Source: Gemmatimonadales bacterium (GTDB lineage: Bacteria > Gemmatimonadota > Gemmatimonadetes > Gemmatimonadales > GWC2-71-9). From it: 64,000 nt of DNA. The stretch lies in NCBI GenBank assembly GCA_036279355.1, contig DASUJH010000020.1:135902-199901 (forward strand), written 5' to 3'. This document shows positions 9,830-18,649 of this stretch, piece after piece. Made by a program: the position numbers and the translations under genes. Position 1 is the first letter of the stretch; each line of letters opens with the position of its first letter. Under the pieces are notes generated by a model that had not been told where the DNA came from, did not search any database, and saw only the letters and a program-made list of their open reading frames with translations.

Positions 9830-10284
9830 GCGGCCGCAATCGCAGCGGGTTCACCCTGCTCGAACTGCTCGTCGTCATGATCGTGATGGGCATCCTTGCG
9901 ACGCTTGCCACGTTCCGGTTCACCGACGCGAAGAATCGGGCGATCGCCGCGCAGGCCACGTCCGACATGGAAACGGTGCGCCTCTCGGCGTATAGCCGGT
10001 ACTACGAAACCGGGGTGTGGCCGAGCGACGCCCCGCCGGGCACGGTGCCGGCCGAGCTCACGCCGTACCTGGTGAACGGGTTCCCGTTCAACCGGCCGGA
10101 CTACACGCTGCAGTTCGAGAACAACCTGCCCGGGAACACCCCGTACGAGGTGGCTGTCCGGCTCACCACCACGAACCAGCGGCTGCTCAACACGCTCATC
10201 AACGGCGTGGGAAAACGGCAGCCCTACATCGTCGAGGGGAACGCGCTCGTCGTGGTACTGGTGGGGCCCGACGGCCAGACCTGA
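9826..10284 (+). CDS. Prepilin-type N-terminal cleavage/methylation domain protein (type IV pilin or pseudopilin-like)
   Basis: The start is GTG. The N-terminus MSGRNRSGFTLLELLVVMIVMGILATLA is the canonical G/FTLxE prepilin motif plus a hydrophobic helix. Confidence 0.85.
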   Translation: MSGRNRSGFTLLELLVVMIVMGILATLATFRFTDAKNRAIAAQATSDMETVRLSAYSRYYETGVWPSDAPPGTVPAELTPYLVNGFPFNRPDYTLQFENNLPGNTPYEVAVRLTTTNQRLLNTLINGVGKRQPYIVEGNALVVVLVGPDGQT

Positions 10285-10293
10285 CCGCCCGAC

Positions 10294-11112
10294 TCAGTCC
10301 TTTCTCAGTATGGCGCGGAGCTGCCGCGCCTCGGCACCCACGGCCGGATACCTCGGGTTCAACCGATCGAGCGTATCGCGCACCACCTCAGCCACGAGCA
10401 TGTCGCGGACCGGCTTCCGGTCGGCTGGCACCACATACCAGGGGGCCCATGCGGTGTTGGTGAGCCGGAGCGCGTCGGCGTAGGCCCGCACGTAGTCCGT
10501 CCAGCGATCTCTCTCCTTCAAGTCGCCTGCGTTGAACTTCCAGTTCTTCTCGGGATCGTCGAGTCGTGCGAGCAGCCGCTCGCGCTGTTCCTCACGCGAG
10601 ATGTGCAGGCAGAACTTGAGGACCGTGGTACCGGTCTCGGTGAGGTAGCGCTCGAAGCCGTTGATCATGTCGAACCGCGCGCGCCAGACCGGCTCCGGCG
10701 CGAGCCGATGCACCCGGACCACGAGCACGTCCTCGTAATGCGAACGGTTGAAGATGCCGATCATGCCCTTGGCGGGTATGGCCAGATGCACCCGCCAGAG
10801 GAAGTCGTGCGCCGCCTCGATGGGCGTCGGCACCTTGAAGCTTGTGATCTGGACACCCATCGGATTGAGCGGCCCGAAGACGTGGCGGATGGTGCCGTCC
10901 TTGCCGCTCGTGTCGAGCCCCTGCAAGACGATCAGCAGCGCGCGCTTCCCCTCGGCGAAGAGCGCGGTCTGGCGGGCGGCGATCCGGTCGACGATGCCGG
11001 CGAGGCGCTTGCGGAGATCCCTCTTCGGGACGTCGGCGAGTGCCGCGGGCGGCGCGGCGGAAGCATCGGTGAGCGCGGGCCGCGCGCCGCGCCGCAGCGG
11101 CTTCAGGTGCAT
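10294..11112 (-). CDS. ppk2: Polyphosphate kinase 2 family protein
   Basis: From ATG 11112 (MHLKPL...) the protein contains ALLIVLQGLDTSGKDGTIRHV, FNRSHYEDVLVVRVH and WKFNAGDLKERDRW, which are typical PPK2 blocks. Confidence 0.88.
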   Translation of the reverse strand: MHLKPLRRGARPALTDASAAPPAALADVPKRDLRKRLAGIVDRIAARQTALFAEGKRALLIVLQGLDTSGKDGTIRHVFGPLNPMGVQITSFKVPTPIEAAHDFLWRVHLAIPAKGMIGIFNRSHYEDVLVVRVHRLAPEPVWRARFDMINGFERYLTETGTTVLKFCLHISREEQRERLLARLDDPEKNWKFNAGDLKERDRWTDYVRAYADALRLTNTAWAPWYVVPADRKPVRDMLVAEVVRDTLDRLNPRYPAVGAEARQLRAILRKD

Positions 11113-11152
11113 CGACCGGTCCGGGCGACGGGTGAGCGGGATGTGCGGCGGC

Positions 11153-14107
11153 TCAGACGGACGCCCCGCCGAGGAGCAGCGCGACCGGCAAGCTACCCAA
11201 TGCGGAGGCGACGTCCAGACTGCGCGGCCCGAGCGCGATCCGCTCGCCGGTGAGAGCCGAGAGCCAGGGACCGTCGGGCAGGTCCGGGGGGAGGATGAGG
11301 CGAGTGCCGGCCCACCAGTCGGCGGGCGGCGGTGCGTAGGCCGGAGATTGGACCGCTCCGGTGATGAGCCGCGGCACCAGCGTGATTGCCGCGGCTCCCG
11401 CTCCGGCGGCGCCGTCCACGTCCCCCGCGGTGCGGCGGAGAAACGCGAACACGTGGCCTGCGCGCGGCCCCGCCGCCGTGAGCGGCTCATAGCCCGCGTC
11501 GGCGAAGAGCGCGGGTGCCCACCGGCGTGCCTCCAGCGCGCGCCACGTCACGTGCAACTTGATCCGCCCATCCTCCGGGCCGGCCATCATTTCTCGCAGT
11601 AGCCCATCCCGCTCGTCATGCTGCTCGAAGCGCGCCGCGAGCCCATCCAGCAGCCCACGTCGCAGGGCAAAATCCACCGGCCGGCGGTTGTCCGGATCCA
11701 CCAGCAGAAAGTTCCACAGCTCGTCGCCCTGATAGAGATCGGGGTTGCCGGGTGCGGTGAGCTGGATGAGCGTGCGGGCGAGACCGATCCACATCGCGGG
11801 CCGCGCCACCCGGCGCACAAAGTGCACGAGATCCGGCAGGAACGTGCCGGGGCCCTGGTCGGATCGCGAGGGAGAGAGCATGCCCTCGATGTACCGGTCG
11901 AGCGCCGCCTCGTATTCCGGGTCCGGCTCGACCCAGCTCGTATGCGTCTTCGCCTCGCGCGCGGCCTTGCGCGCGTAGTCGGCGATGCGACCGCGAAACT
12001 CCGCGAGCGCACGGGGGTCGGGTGTGGCCACCGCATCGAATCCGTGCGGCACCGGGGGCAACAGCTCGAGCGGCCACGCGCCGACCAGCGTCTGGTAGAG
12101 CAGCCACTCGGTATTGGCGTCGGGCAGGAGCTGGCCCGCCCCCATCGCGCGGAGCGGCCGGTTCCAGCGCCGCCACCGATAGACGCATTCCTCCCACTCC
12201 TCCGCGATCTCGGTGAGCACGTCGAGCCGCGCGCGCACGTCGGCGGACCGTTTGGTGTCGTGGGTGGTCGCGACATTCATCGTGCCCGGCCAACAATGGG
12301 CGTGGTGCAGGTTCGCGGCGTGGAGCGCCGCGGCGGCACCCGCGACCGGCGAATCGGGGTCGCCGCCCACCTCGTTGCGGGAGAGGAGCGGCACGTATTC
12401 GTAGAACGCGGTATCCTCGACGCCCTTTGCCGCGGCCGGACCGCTCACCTGCTGAAAGCGCTGCACGAATCGGCGGCGCAGACCCTCGTGCTCCGGCGTG
12501 CGCATGGCGGGCTCGGTGGCGAGCAGCGCGCCTGCGAGCACCGCGAACGCGGCGGCGGATGCTCGCCCGCGCGCACGCGCCGCGGCCAGCGCCTGCTCGA
12601 GCAACGCCAGGTCCTCGCCGGCCGGAACCGGATGTCGCTCGTCGATGTACGTCCGGTACACCGGCAGATAGACGATCGTGTCCACGACGGCGCGGGTCAG
12701 CTCGTGCACGGGCACCCGCCCGAGCGGGCGGGCGATGGCCGCGAGGCGGTGCAGCCGCTGGGCGAGTCGGCGCACGCCGGCGGACAGTCCGGACTCGAGC
12801 ACATGGCGCTTGGCTTCGTGCGCCACTGCCGTGAAGCTCGCATGCCGGCGCACGACGCGGCGGTAGTCGCGCTCGATCTGCGCCGCCCCGTCCGCGTCCA
12901 GGAAGAGCGCCTCGAGCTCGTTCAGGTTGCGGTATCCGGTGGTGCCCGCCACCGGCCAGTTGTCGCGCAGCCGCTCGCCGGGCGAGAGGATCTTCTCGAC
13001 GAAGATCGGCGGATGGCCGGGCCCGTAGTCCGGAAAGGCATGCGCAGCGAGGCGCTCGAGGTAGCCGAGCGGATCGAGCAGCCCGTCCGGGTGATCGATC
13101 CGGAATCCGTCGACATATCCGCTGCGGCGCCAGTCGAGCACGAGCGCGTGGGTCTGGGTGAAGACCTGCGGGTCCTCCATGTGGAGCGCGACCAGGTCGT
13201 TCACGTCGAAGAAGCGGCGATAATTGATCTCACGCGCCGCACGCCGCCAGTAGACCAGGCGATAGCCCTGTGCCTCGAGCAAGCGGACCATGCGCGCGCC
13301 GCCCTCGTCTCCCAGTCCCATCCGCGCGGCGGCGCGCTCGATCCGCCGGCGGACCTCGGGGACGAGCGCGCAGAGTTTCCGCAGGCGCCGGAGCCCCTCC
13401 CCGCTCTGCCGGCGCCGGCGGGCGCGGGCCCGTGAGCCGCGCGCGGTGCGGCGCGGGAGCCGGCGCAAGAGCGCGATGATGGCCGCAAGCTCGATCGTGC
13501 CGCGGTTGGCAGGACCGAGCTCCGCCTCGCAGGCCTCGAGCGCCGGCTCGAGCACGAGCGGAAAGGTGGACGGATCGAGCGGAAAGCTGTGCTCGAAGTA
13601 CGTGAGCCGGAGCTCACCGCCACGGAGCGCCACCCGCAACTCGCCGCGCTCGATCACACGCGCGCGCAGATCGCCAAGCACCGGGAGCAGGACCCGGCTG
13701 TGCAGCGCGCGCTCGCCCACGCGCCACTCGATGTCGAACCAGCGCGCGTACGGCGACGCGGGTCCGTGCGCGAGCACATGCTCCCAGCGCCAGTTCTCGC
13801 TGCTCGCGGCCATGTGGTTGGGCACGATGTCGAGCACCAGTCCCATCGCCCGGTCATGCAGCGCGGCCACCAGCGACTCGAGATCGGCCTCTGCGCCGAG
13901 CTCCGGGTCGAGCGCGCCGGGGTCGACCACGTCGTAGCCGTGGGCGCTGCCGGCGCGCGCGTGCAGGATGGGCGACGCGTGGATGTGGGTGACGCCGAGC
14001 CGGTCGAGGTAGTCCACCAGCGCGGTGGCCGCGGCGAGCGGGAAGTCAGCCTGGAGCTGGAGCCGGTAGGTCGCGAGGATGCGCGACGGTCCCGGCGCGC
14101 GGGTCAC
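11153..14107 (-). CDS. treY: Malto-oligosyltrehalose synthase
   Basis: The N-terminus ATYRLQLQADFPLAAATALVDYLDRLGVTHIHASPILHARAGSAHGYDVVDP is characteristic. The GTG start overlaps the glgX stop as GTGA. Confidence 0.88.
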   Translation of the reverse strand: MTRAPGPSRILATYRLQLQADFPLAAATALVDYLDRLGVTHIHASPILHARAGSAHGYDVVDPGALDPELGAEADLESLVAALHDRAMGLVLDIVPNHMAASSENWRWEHVLAHGPASPYARWFDIEWRVGERALHSRVLLPVLGDLRARVIERGELRVALRGGELRLTYFEHSFPLDPSTFPLVLEPALEACEAELGPANRGTIELAAIIALLRRLPRRTARGSRARARRRRQSGEGLRRLRKLCALVPEVRRRIERAAARMGLGDEGGARMVRLLEAQGYRLVYWRRAAREINYRRFFDVNDLVALHMEDPQVFTQTHALVLDWRRSGYVDGFRIDHPDGLLDPLGYLERLAAHAFPDYGPGHPPIFVEKILSPGERLRDNWPVAGTTGYRNLNELEALFLDADGAAQIERDYRRVVRRHASFTAVAHEAKRHVLESGLSAGVRRLAQRLHRLAAIARPLGRVPVHELTRAVVDTIVYLPVYRTYIDERHPVPAGEDLALLEQALAAARARGRASAAAFAVLAGALLATEPAMRTPEHEGLRRRFVQRFQQVSGPAAAKGVEDTAFYEYVPLLSRNEVGGDPDSPVAGAAAALHAANLHHAHCWPGTMNVATTHDTKRSADVRARLDVLTEIAEEWEECVYRWRRWNRPLRAMGAGQLLPDANTEWLLYQTLVGAWPLELLPPVPHGFDAVATPDPRALAEFRGRIADYARKAAREAKTHTSWVEPDPEYEAALDRYIEGMLSPSRSDQGPGTFLPDLVHFVRRVARPAMWIGLARTLIQLTAPGNPDLYQGDELWNFLLVDPDNRRPVDFALRRGLLDGLAARFEQHDERDGLLREMMAGPEDGRIKLHVTWRALEARRWAPALFADAGYEPLTAAGPRAGHVFAFLRRTAGDVDGAAGAGAAAITLVPRLITGAVQSPAYAPPPADWWAGTRLILPPDLPDGPWLSALTGERIALGPRSLDVASALGSLPVALLLGGASV

Positions 14108-16215
14108 CCGGCCTCCCCGTGCCGGAGCAGCATGAGCGAATGCGCGATGAGCATCACCGTTCCGCGCTCTGGCCGGCCGGCACGCCCCGTGGTAAGCACC
14201 CCGATCCAGCTGCCGGGCCGCTCAAGCTGCGGCACCGCGAATGGGCGTGAGCGCCCCCCGCCGTTTACGAGAAGGAGGACGGTCTCGCCGGTGAAGAGGC
14301 GGCCGTGCTCGTCCAGCTCGTCGGTGGCATGGCCCCGGATCAGCATGCCGAGCAGGTGATTGTGCGGATGCTCCCAATCGGCCTGCGCCATCTCCCGCCC
14401 GTCGGGGCGGAGCCAGGTGAGGTCGCGCCCGCGGCCGCCGGCCAGCGGCTCGTGCCGAAAGAACGTGCGCCGGCGGAGGACCGGATTGGCGGCGCGAAGG
14501 GCAAGCACCCGGCGGGTGAAGGCGATCAGATCGCGCTCGGCGGACGTGAGGGTCCAGTCGACCCACGTGATTGGGTTGTCCTGACAGTAGGCGTTGTTGT
14601 TCCCGCGCTGGGTGCGCCCCAGCTCGTCGCCATGGGACAGCATGGGGACGCCCTGCGAGAAGGCGAGCGTCGCGATCAGGCTGCGGGCCACGCGATCGCG
14701 CAGCCGCAGGATCTCGGGCGACTCCGTCGGGCCCTCGACGCCCCAGTTGCGACTCAGGTTGTGATCGGTGCCGTCGCGGTTGTCCTCGCCGTTGGCCTCA
14801 TTGTGCTTGTCCTCGTAGCTCACGAGGTCGCGCAGCGTGAAGCCGTCGTGGCAGGTGATGAAGTTGACGCTGGCCTGGGGGGAGCGCTGACTCGAGGCAT
14901 AGAGCTCGCTACTGCCGGCCAGCCGGCTCGCCAGCTCGGGCACCTGGCCCGGGTCGCCGCGCCAGAACGCGCGCGTCGTATCCCGATACTTCCCGTTCCA
15001 CTCGGACCAGCCGATCGGAAAGCGGCCGATCTGGTACCCGCCGGGCCCGAGATCCCATGGCTCGGCGATGAGCTTCACCTGCGCGAGCACCGGATCCTGG
15101 CGCACCACGTCGAAGAACTTGCCGAACGGGTTGAAGTCGTCCGCGTCACGGCCAAGGACCGGGGCCAGGTCGAAGCGGAAGCCGTCGACGTGCATCTCCT
15201 GCACCCAATAGCGCAGACTATCCATGACGAGCTGCATGGTGCGCGAATGCTGGAGGTTCAAGGTGTTGCCGCACCCGGTGAAATCGACGTAGCGGCGGGG
15301 ATTGGCCGGATCCAGCCGGTAATAGGCGAGATTGTCGATGCCACGGAAGCAGAGCGTCGGGCCAAGCTCGTTGCCCTCGGCGGTGTGGTTGTAAACCACG
15401 TCGAGCAGCACCTCGATTCCGGCGCGGTGGAACCGCTTCACCATGGACTTGAACTCTGCGACCTGCTGGCCCGCCCGCGCCGTGGCGTAGCGCACGTCGG
15501 GCGCGAAGTAGCCGATCGGGTTGTAGCCCCAGTAGTTGGTGAGCCCACGCTCGACCAGCGAGCGTTCCGACACGAAGTGCTGGATCGGAAGCAGGTCCAC
15601 CGCGGTGATGCCGAGTCCGACGAGATGCTCGACGATCGGGTCGGTGGCGAGCCCGAGATAGGTGCCGCGCAGTTGCTCGGGCACATCCGGGTGCCGCATG
15701 CTCATGCCTTTCACATGGCACTCGTAGATTACAGTCCGGTTCCATGGCGTGCGGAGGGGCACGTCCTCGCCCCAGCTGAAGGCCGACTCGATCACCGCGC
15801 ACTTGGGCATGCCACCGGCGCTGTCGCGGCCGTCGGGCACGAGGTCGGTCTCGGACTGGCCGATGACGTAGCCCGAGAGCGCGTCGCTCCAGCGGATCGT
15901 GCCCGCGATGGCGCGCGCATAGGGATCGAGCAGCAGCTTGGCCGGATTGAAGCGGTGACCCCGTTCCGGGTCGTACGGACCGTGGATGCGGTAGCCATAG
16001 AGCTGGCCCGGCCGCACGTCGGGGAGATAGGCGTGCCAGACCTGGTCGGTACGCTCGAGCAGCCCGATCCGCTGGGTTTCGCGCGCGTCGTCGGGCTCGG
16101 CGAAGAGGCAGAGCTCGACGGCGGTCGCGTGCTCGGAGAAGATGGCGAAGTTGGTGCCCTCGCCGTCCCAGTGGGCACCGAGGACGGAGGGCGAACCGGG
16201 CCAGACGCGGATCAT
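14104..16215 (-). CDS. glgX: Glycogen debranching enzyme GlgX/TreX
   Basis: From ATG 16215 the protein reads MIRVWPGSPSVLGAHWDGEGTNFAIFSEHATAVELCLF.... GH13 blocks DVVYNHT and GFRFDLA are present. Confidence 0.92.
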   Translation of the reverse strand: MIRVWPGSPSVLGAHWDGEGTNFAIFSEHATAVELCLFAEPDDARETQRIGLLERTDQVWHAYLPDVRPGQLYGYRIHGPYDPERGHRFNPAKLLLDPYARAIAGTIRWSDALSGYVIGQSETDLVPDGRDSAGGMPKCAVIESAFSWGEDVPLRTPWNRTVIYECHVKGMSMRHPDVPEQLRGTYLGLATDPIVEHLVGLGITAVDLLPIQHFVSERSLVERGLTNYWGYNPIGYFAPDVRYATARAGQQVAEFKSMVKRFHRAGIEVLLDVVYNHTAEGNELGPTLCFRGIDNLAYYRLDPANPRRYVDFTGCGNTLNLQHSRTMQLVMDSLRYWVQEMHVDGFRFDLAPVLGRDADDFNPFGKFFDVVRQDPVLAQVKLIAEPWDLGPGGYQIGRFPIGWSEWNGKYRDTTRAFWRGDPGQVPELASRLAGSSELYASSQRSPQASVNFITCHDGFTLRDLVSYEDKHNEANGEDNRDGTDHNLSRNWGVEGPTESPEILRLRDRVARSLIATLAFSQGVPMLSHGDELGRTQRGNNNAYCQDNPITWVDWTLTSAERDLIAFTRRVLALRAANPVLRRRTFFRHEPLAGGRGRDLTWLRPDGREMAQADWEHPHNHLLGMLIRGHATDELDEHGRLFTGETVLLLVNGGGRSRPFAVPQLERPGSWIGVLTTGRAGRPERGTVMLIAHSLMLLRHGEAG

Positions 16216-16333
16216 GCGGGGGGGACGGCGGCGCGGTGTGATCGCGATTTCACGGGGCGGCATGCCTCCGGGCAACACGGGAGGGGTGGCGCATCGCGGG
16301 CGGCATCGGCCGAGCGGGAACAACGTAACGCGA

Positions 16334-16419
16334 TGCCCGGGGAGAGACTCGAACTCTCACGCCGCTTGCGCGACCCGGGATTTTAAGTCCCGTGCGTCTG
16401 CCGGTTCCGCCACCCGGGC
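16334..16419 (-). tRNA. tRNA-Leu (anticodon TAA)
   Basis: The reverse complement is GCCCGGGTGGCGGAACCGGCAGACGCACGGGACTTAAAATCCCGGGTCGCGCAAGCGGCGTGAGAGTTCGAGTCTCTCCCCGGGCA. The acceptor stems pair, a long variable arm is present, and the anticodon loop is CT-TAA-AA. No CCA is encoded. Confidence 0.9.
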
Positions 16420-16426
16420 TCGCCCC

Positions 16427-16432
16427 AATATA
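16427..16432 (-). promoter_or_regulatory. Candidate -10 element (TATATT) for tRNA-Leu
   Basis: The minus strand reads TATATT-GGGGCGA followed by the tRNA 5' end, so the hexamer ends 7 nt before the mature 5' end. There is no good -35; TTTGCA lies at 15-nt spacing. Confidence 0.3.
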
Positions 16433-16484
16433 CTTCCTGCCGTCCCTTGCAAACCTCGCATCCACCGCGCCCGGAGGTAGCACG

Positions 16485-16925
16485 ATGCCTCGGTTGACGA
16501 TCGTTGCCGCCCTGCTGCTTGCCGCCCCGTGTGCGCCCCTCCCGGCACAGAACAAGGCCGCCAAGCACGACCGCAGCATCATCGCGGCGGACGAGATCGC
16601 CGCGGCGCAGGTGAGCAACGCATACGACGCCGTCGCCAGGCTGCGTCCCTACTTCCTGCGCCGGGGCGAGCGCGCGATCACGGCGGGCGGCAGCAACCGC
16701 CCTCGTGGAGAACAGATGTACAGCGATGGCGATCCCACGTCCGGCTCGTCGGACAACGTCGGGGTCCGGGTGCTCGTCGACGGCAACGACGTCGGCGGCC
16801 CGGAAGAGCTCAAGCGCATGGCCGCGAACACGGTCGGCGAGATCCGCTATATCAGTGGCCCCGACGCTGAGCAGCGCTACGGCTCGCGATTCGCGGCGGG
16901 CGCCATCGAAGTCAGATTCAAGTAG
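16485..16925 (+). CDS. Small secreted protein with a TonB-dependent-receptor plug-like sequence
   Basis: GGAGG lies upstream of ATG 16485. The signal peptide is MPRLTIVAALLLAAPCAPLPAQ. The C-terminal VLVDGNDVGGPEELKRMAANTVGEIRYISGPDAEQRYGSRFAAGAIEVRFK resembles a plug motif. No barrel follows. Confidence 0.55.
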   Translation: MPRLTIVAALLLAAPCAPLPAQNKAAKHDRSIIAADEIAAAQVSNAYDAVARLRPYFLRRGERAITAGGSNRPRGEQMYSDGDPTSGSSDNVGVRVLVDGNDVGGPEELKRMAANTVGEIRYISGPDAEQRYGSRFAAGAIEVRFK

Positions 16926-16930
16926 CAGCC

Positions 16931-18649
16931 GTGCGACTTACCCTCCTCACTGCAGCGTTGCTCGCGGCGCCCCTCGCCGCGTGCGGCGCCCAGGGCGCGC
17001 CCGGGTCGGCCGCGCCTGAGTCGGCGCCTCCCGCGCCGCTCGCCGCGCTGGCCGAACGCTTCTGGGCGTGGCGCGCCGATGCGCAACCGATCACCGGCGA
17101 CGACATCCCCCGCATCGACCGCTCGCCCGATTGGTTGCCCGACTGGTCGGGCCCCGCGGTGGCCGCGCGGCGCGATTCGGCGCGCGTGTTCGAGGGCGAA
17201 TGGCGCCGGATCGATACGGCCGGATGGAGCCGCCACGCGCAGGTCGACTACCGGCTCATGGGCTCGGCGCTCGCGCGGGTGGGATGGGAGCTGGACATCA
17301 ACCGCGGCTGGCAGCGGAATCCGGTCTTCTACCTGGAGCAGACGATCGGCTCCCTCCATGACCTGCTGCGCGCGCCGCCACCATTCGATTCGGTGCGCAC
17401 CCGCGCAATTGTGCGCCGGGTCGAGCGCATCCCGCAAACCCTCACCGAAGGCCGAGCCAACCTCACGCAGGCGGTGCGGCCCTTCGCCCAGCTTGCCATC
17501 GATGCGTTGGCCGACGTCCGGCCCAGCCTCGAAACGGTCGAGCGCGAGCTGGCACCGCAGCTCACCGGCCCCGATGCGGCGCGCTGGCACGCGGCCGTCG
17601 CGGCGGCCATCCCGGCGCTCGAGGCGTATCGGGCATGGCTCCAGCAGCGTGCGCCCACGATGTCGGAGCAGACCGCCGTCGGCCGCGAGGCATACATCGG
17701 GTTCCTGCGCCTCGTCGCGGTCGTGCCGTACACGCCGGAACAACTGATCGCGATGGGGCGGCGCGACTGGGAGCGCGCCGCCTCCTTCGAGACCTACGAG
17801 CGCGAGCGGAACCGCGGCCTGCCGGAGCTGCCGTTGTACCCCGACGCCGCCGCACAGATGGCGGCCGAAGCGGCCGACGAGGCGCGGGCGCGCCAGTTCG
17901 TGAGCGTCCACGGCATTCTCACCGTGCCGGCGTGGCTCGAGCACTACCGCGTGATGCCAATGCCGTCGTACCTGGCGCCGCTCGCGGACTGGGGCGTGGA
18001 CGACGATCTCACCTCGCCCACGCGACTAGACCAGGACGGCGTGAGCTACCGGCCGCCCCCCTCACCGGCGCTCGGGTACTTCTATCTTGCCTCCGCCAAG
18101 GACCCGCGGCCGCTGCTGGTGCACGAGGGCATTCCGGGCCACTACATGCAGCTCGCCCTCTCGGGGAAGAACGACGACCCGCTCCGGCGCCACTACTACG
18201 ACTCGAACTCGAACGAGGGAATCGGCTTCTACGCGGAAGAGATGATGCTGCAGGCGGGATTCTTCGACGACCGGCCGCGGGTGCGCGAAATCATCTACAA
18301 CTTCATGCGGCTCCGGGCGCTTCGCGTCGAGGTGGACGTGAAGCTCGCGCTGGGCCAGTTCACCATCGCCGATGGCGCGCGCTACCTCGAGACCATGGTG
18401 CCGATGGATCACGCCACCGCGCTCTCGGAGGCCGCCTCGTTCGCGGCGACGCCGGGCCAGGGCATCACCTACGACGTGGGCAAGACCCAGATTCTGGGCT
18501 TCCTGGCGGACGCGCGGGCAAAGCAGGGCTCGGCGTTCTCGCTTCGCGCCTTCCACGACTATCTCTGGACGAACGGGAACGTGCCGATCGCGCTCCAGCG
18601 GTGGGAGATGCTCGGGCTCGACGACGAGGTCGCGGCGCTCGGGCGCTAG
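16931..18649 (+). CDS. DUF885 family lipoprotein (metallopeptidase-like HExxGH)
   Basis: The start is GTG. The lipobox is LLAAPLAAC. HEGIPGHYMQLAL and the overall layout are typical of DUF885. Confidence 0.75.
   Translation: MRLTLLTAALLAAPLAACGAQGAPGSAAPESAPPAPLAALAERFWAWRADAQPITGDDIPRIDRSPDWLPDWSGPAVAARRDSARVFEGEWRRIDTAGWSRHAQVDYRLMGSALARVGWELDINRGWQRNPVFYLEQTIGSLHDLLRAPPPFDSVRTRAIVRRVERIPQTLTEGRANLTQAVRPFAQLAIDALADVRPSLETVERELAPQLTGPDAARWHAAVAAAIPALEAYRAWLQQRAPTMSEQTAVGREAYIGFLRLVAVVPYTPEQLIAMGRRDWERAASFETYERERNRGLPELPLYPDAAAQMAAEAADEARARQFVSVHGILTVPAWLEHYRVMPMPSYLAPLADWGVDDDLTSPTRLDQDGVSYRPPPSPALGYFYLASAKDPRPLLVHEGIPGHYMQLALSGKNDDPLRRHYYDSNSNEGIGFYAEEMMLQAGFFDDRPRVREIIYNFMRLRALRVEVDVKLALGQFTIADGARYLETMVPMDHATALSEAASFAATPGQGITYDVGKTQILGFLADARAKQGSAFSLRAFHDYLWTNGNVPIALQRWEMLGLDDEVAALGR

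Noticed and set aside
16236-16254. The imperfect inverted repeat GTGTGATCGCGATTTCACG upstream of glgX, which resembles a CRP (TGTGA-N6-TCACA) or Rex half-site arrangement.
   Set aside because: The spacing between TGTGA and TCAC is 2 nt too long for either consensus. Only the central ATCGCGAT is a true palindrome. The support is too weak to call a site.
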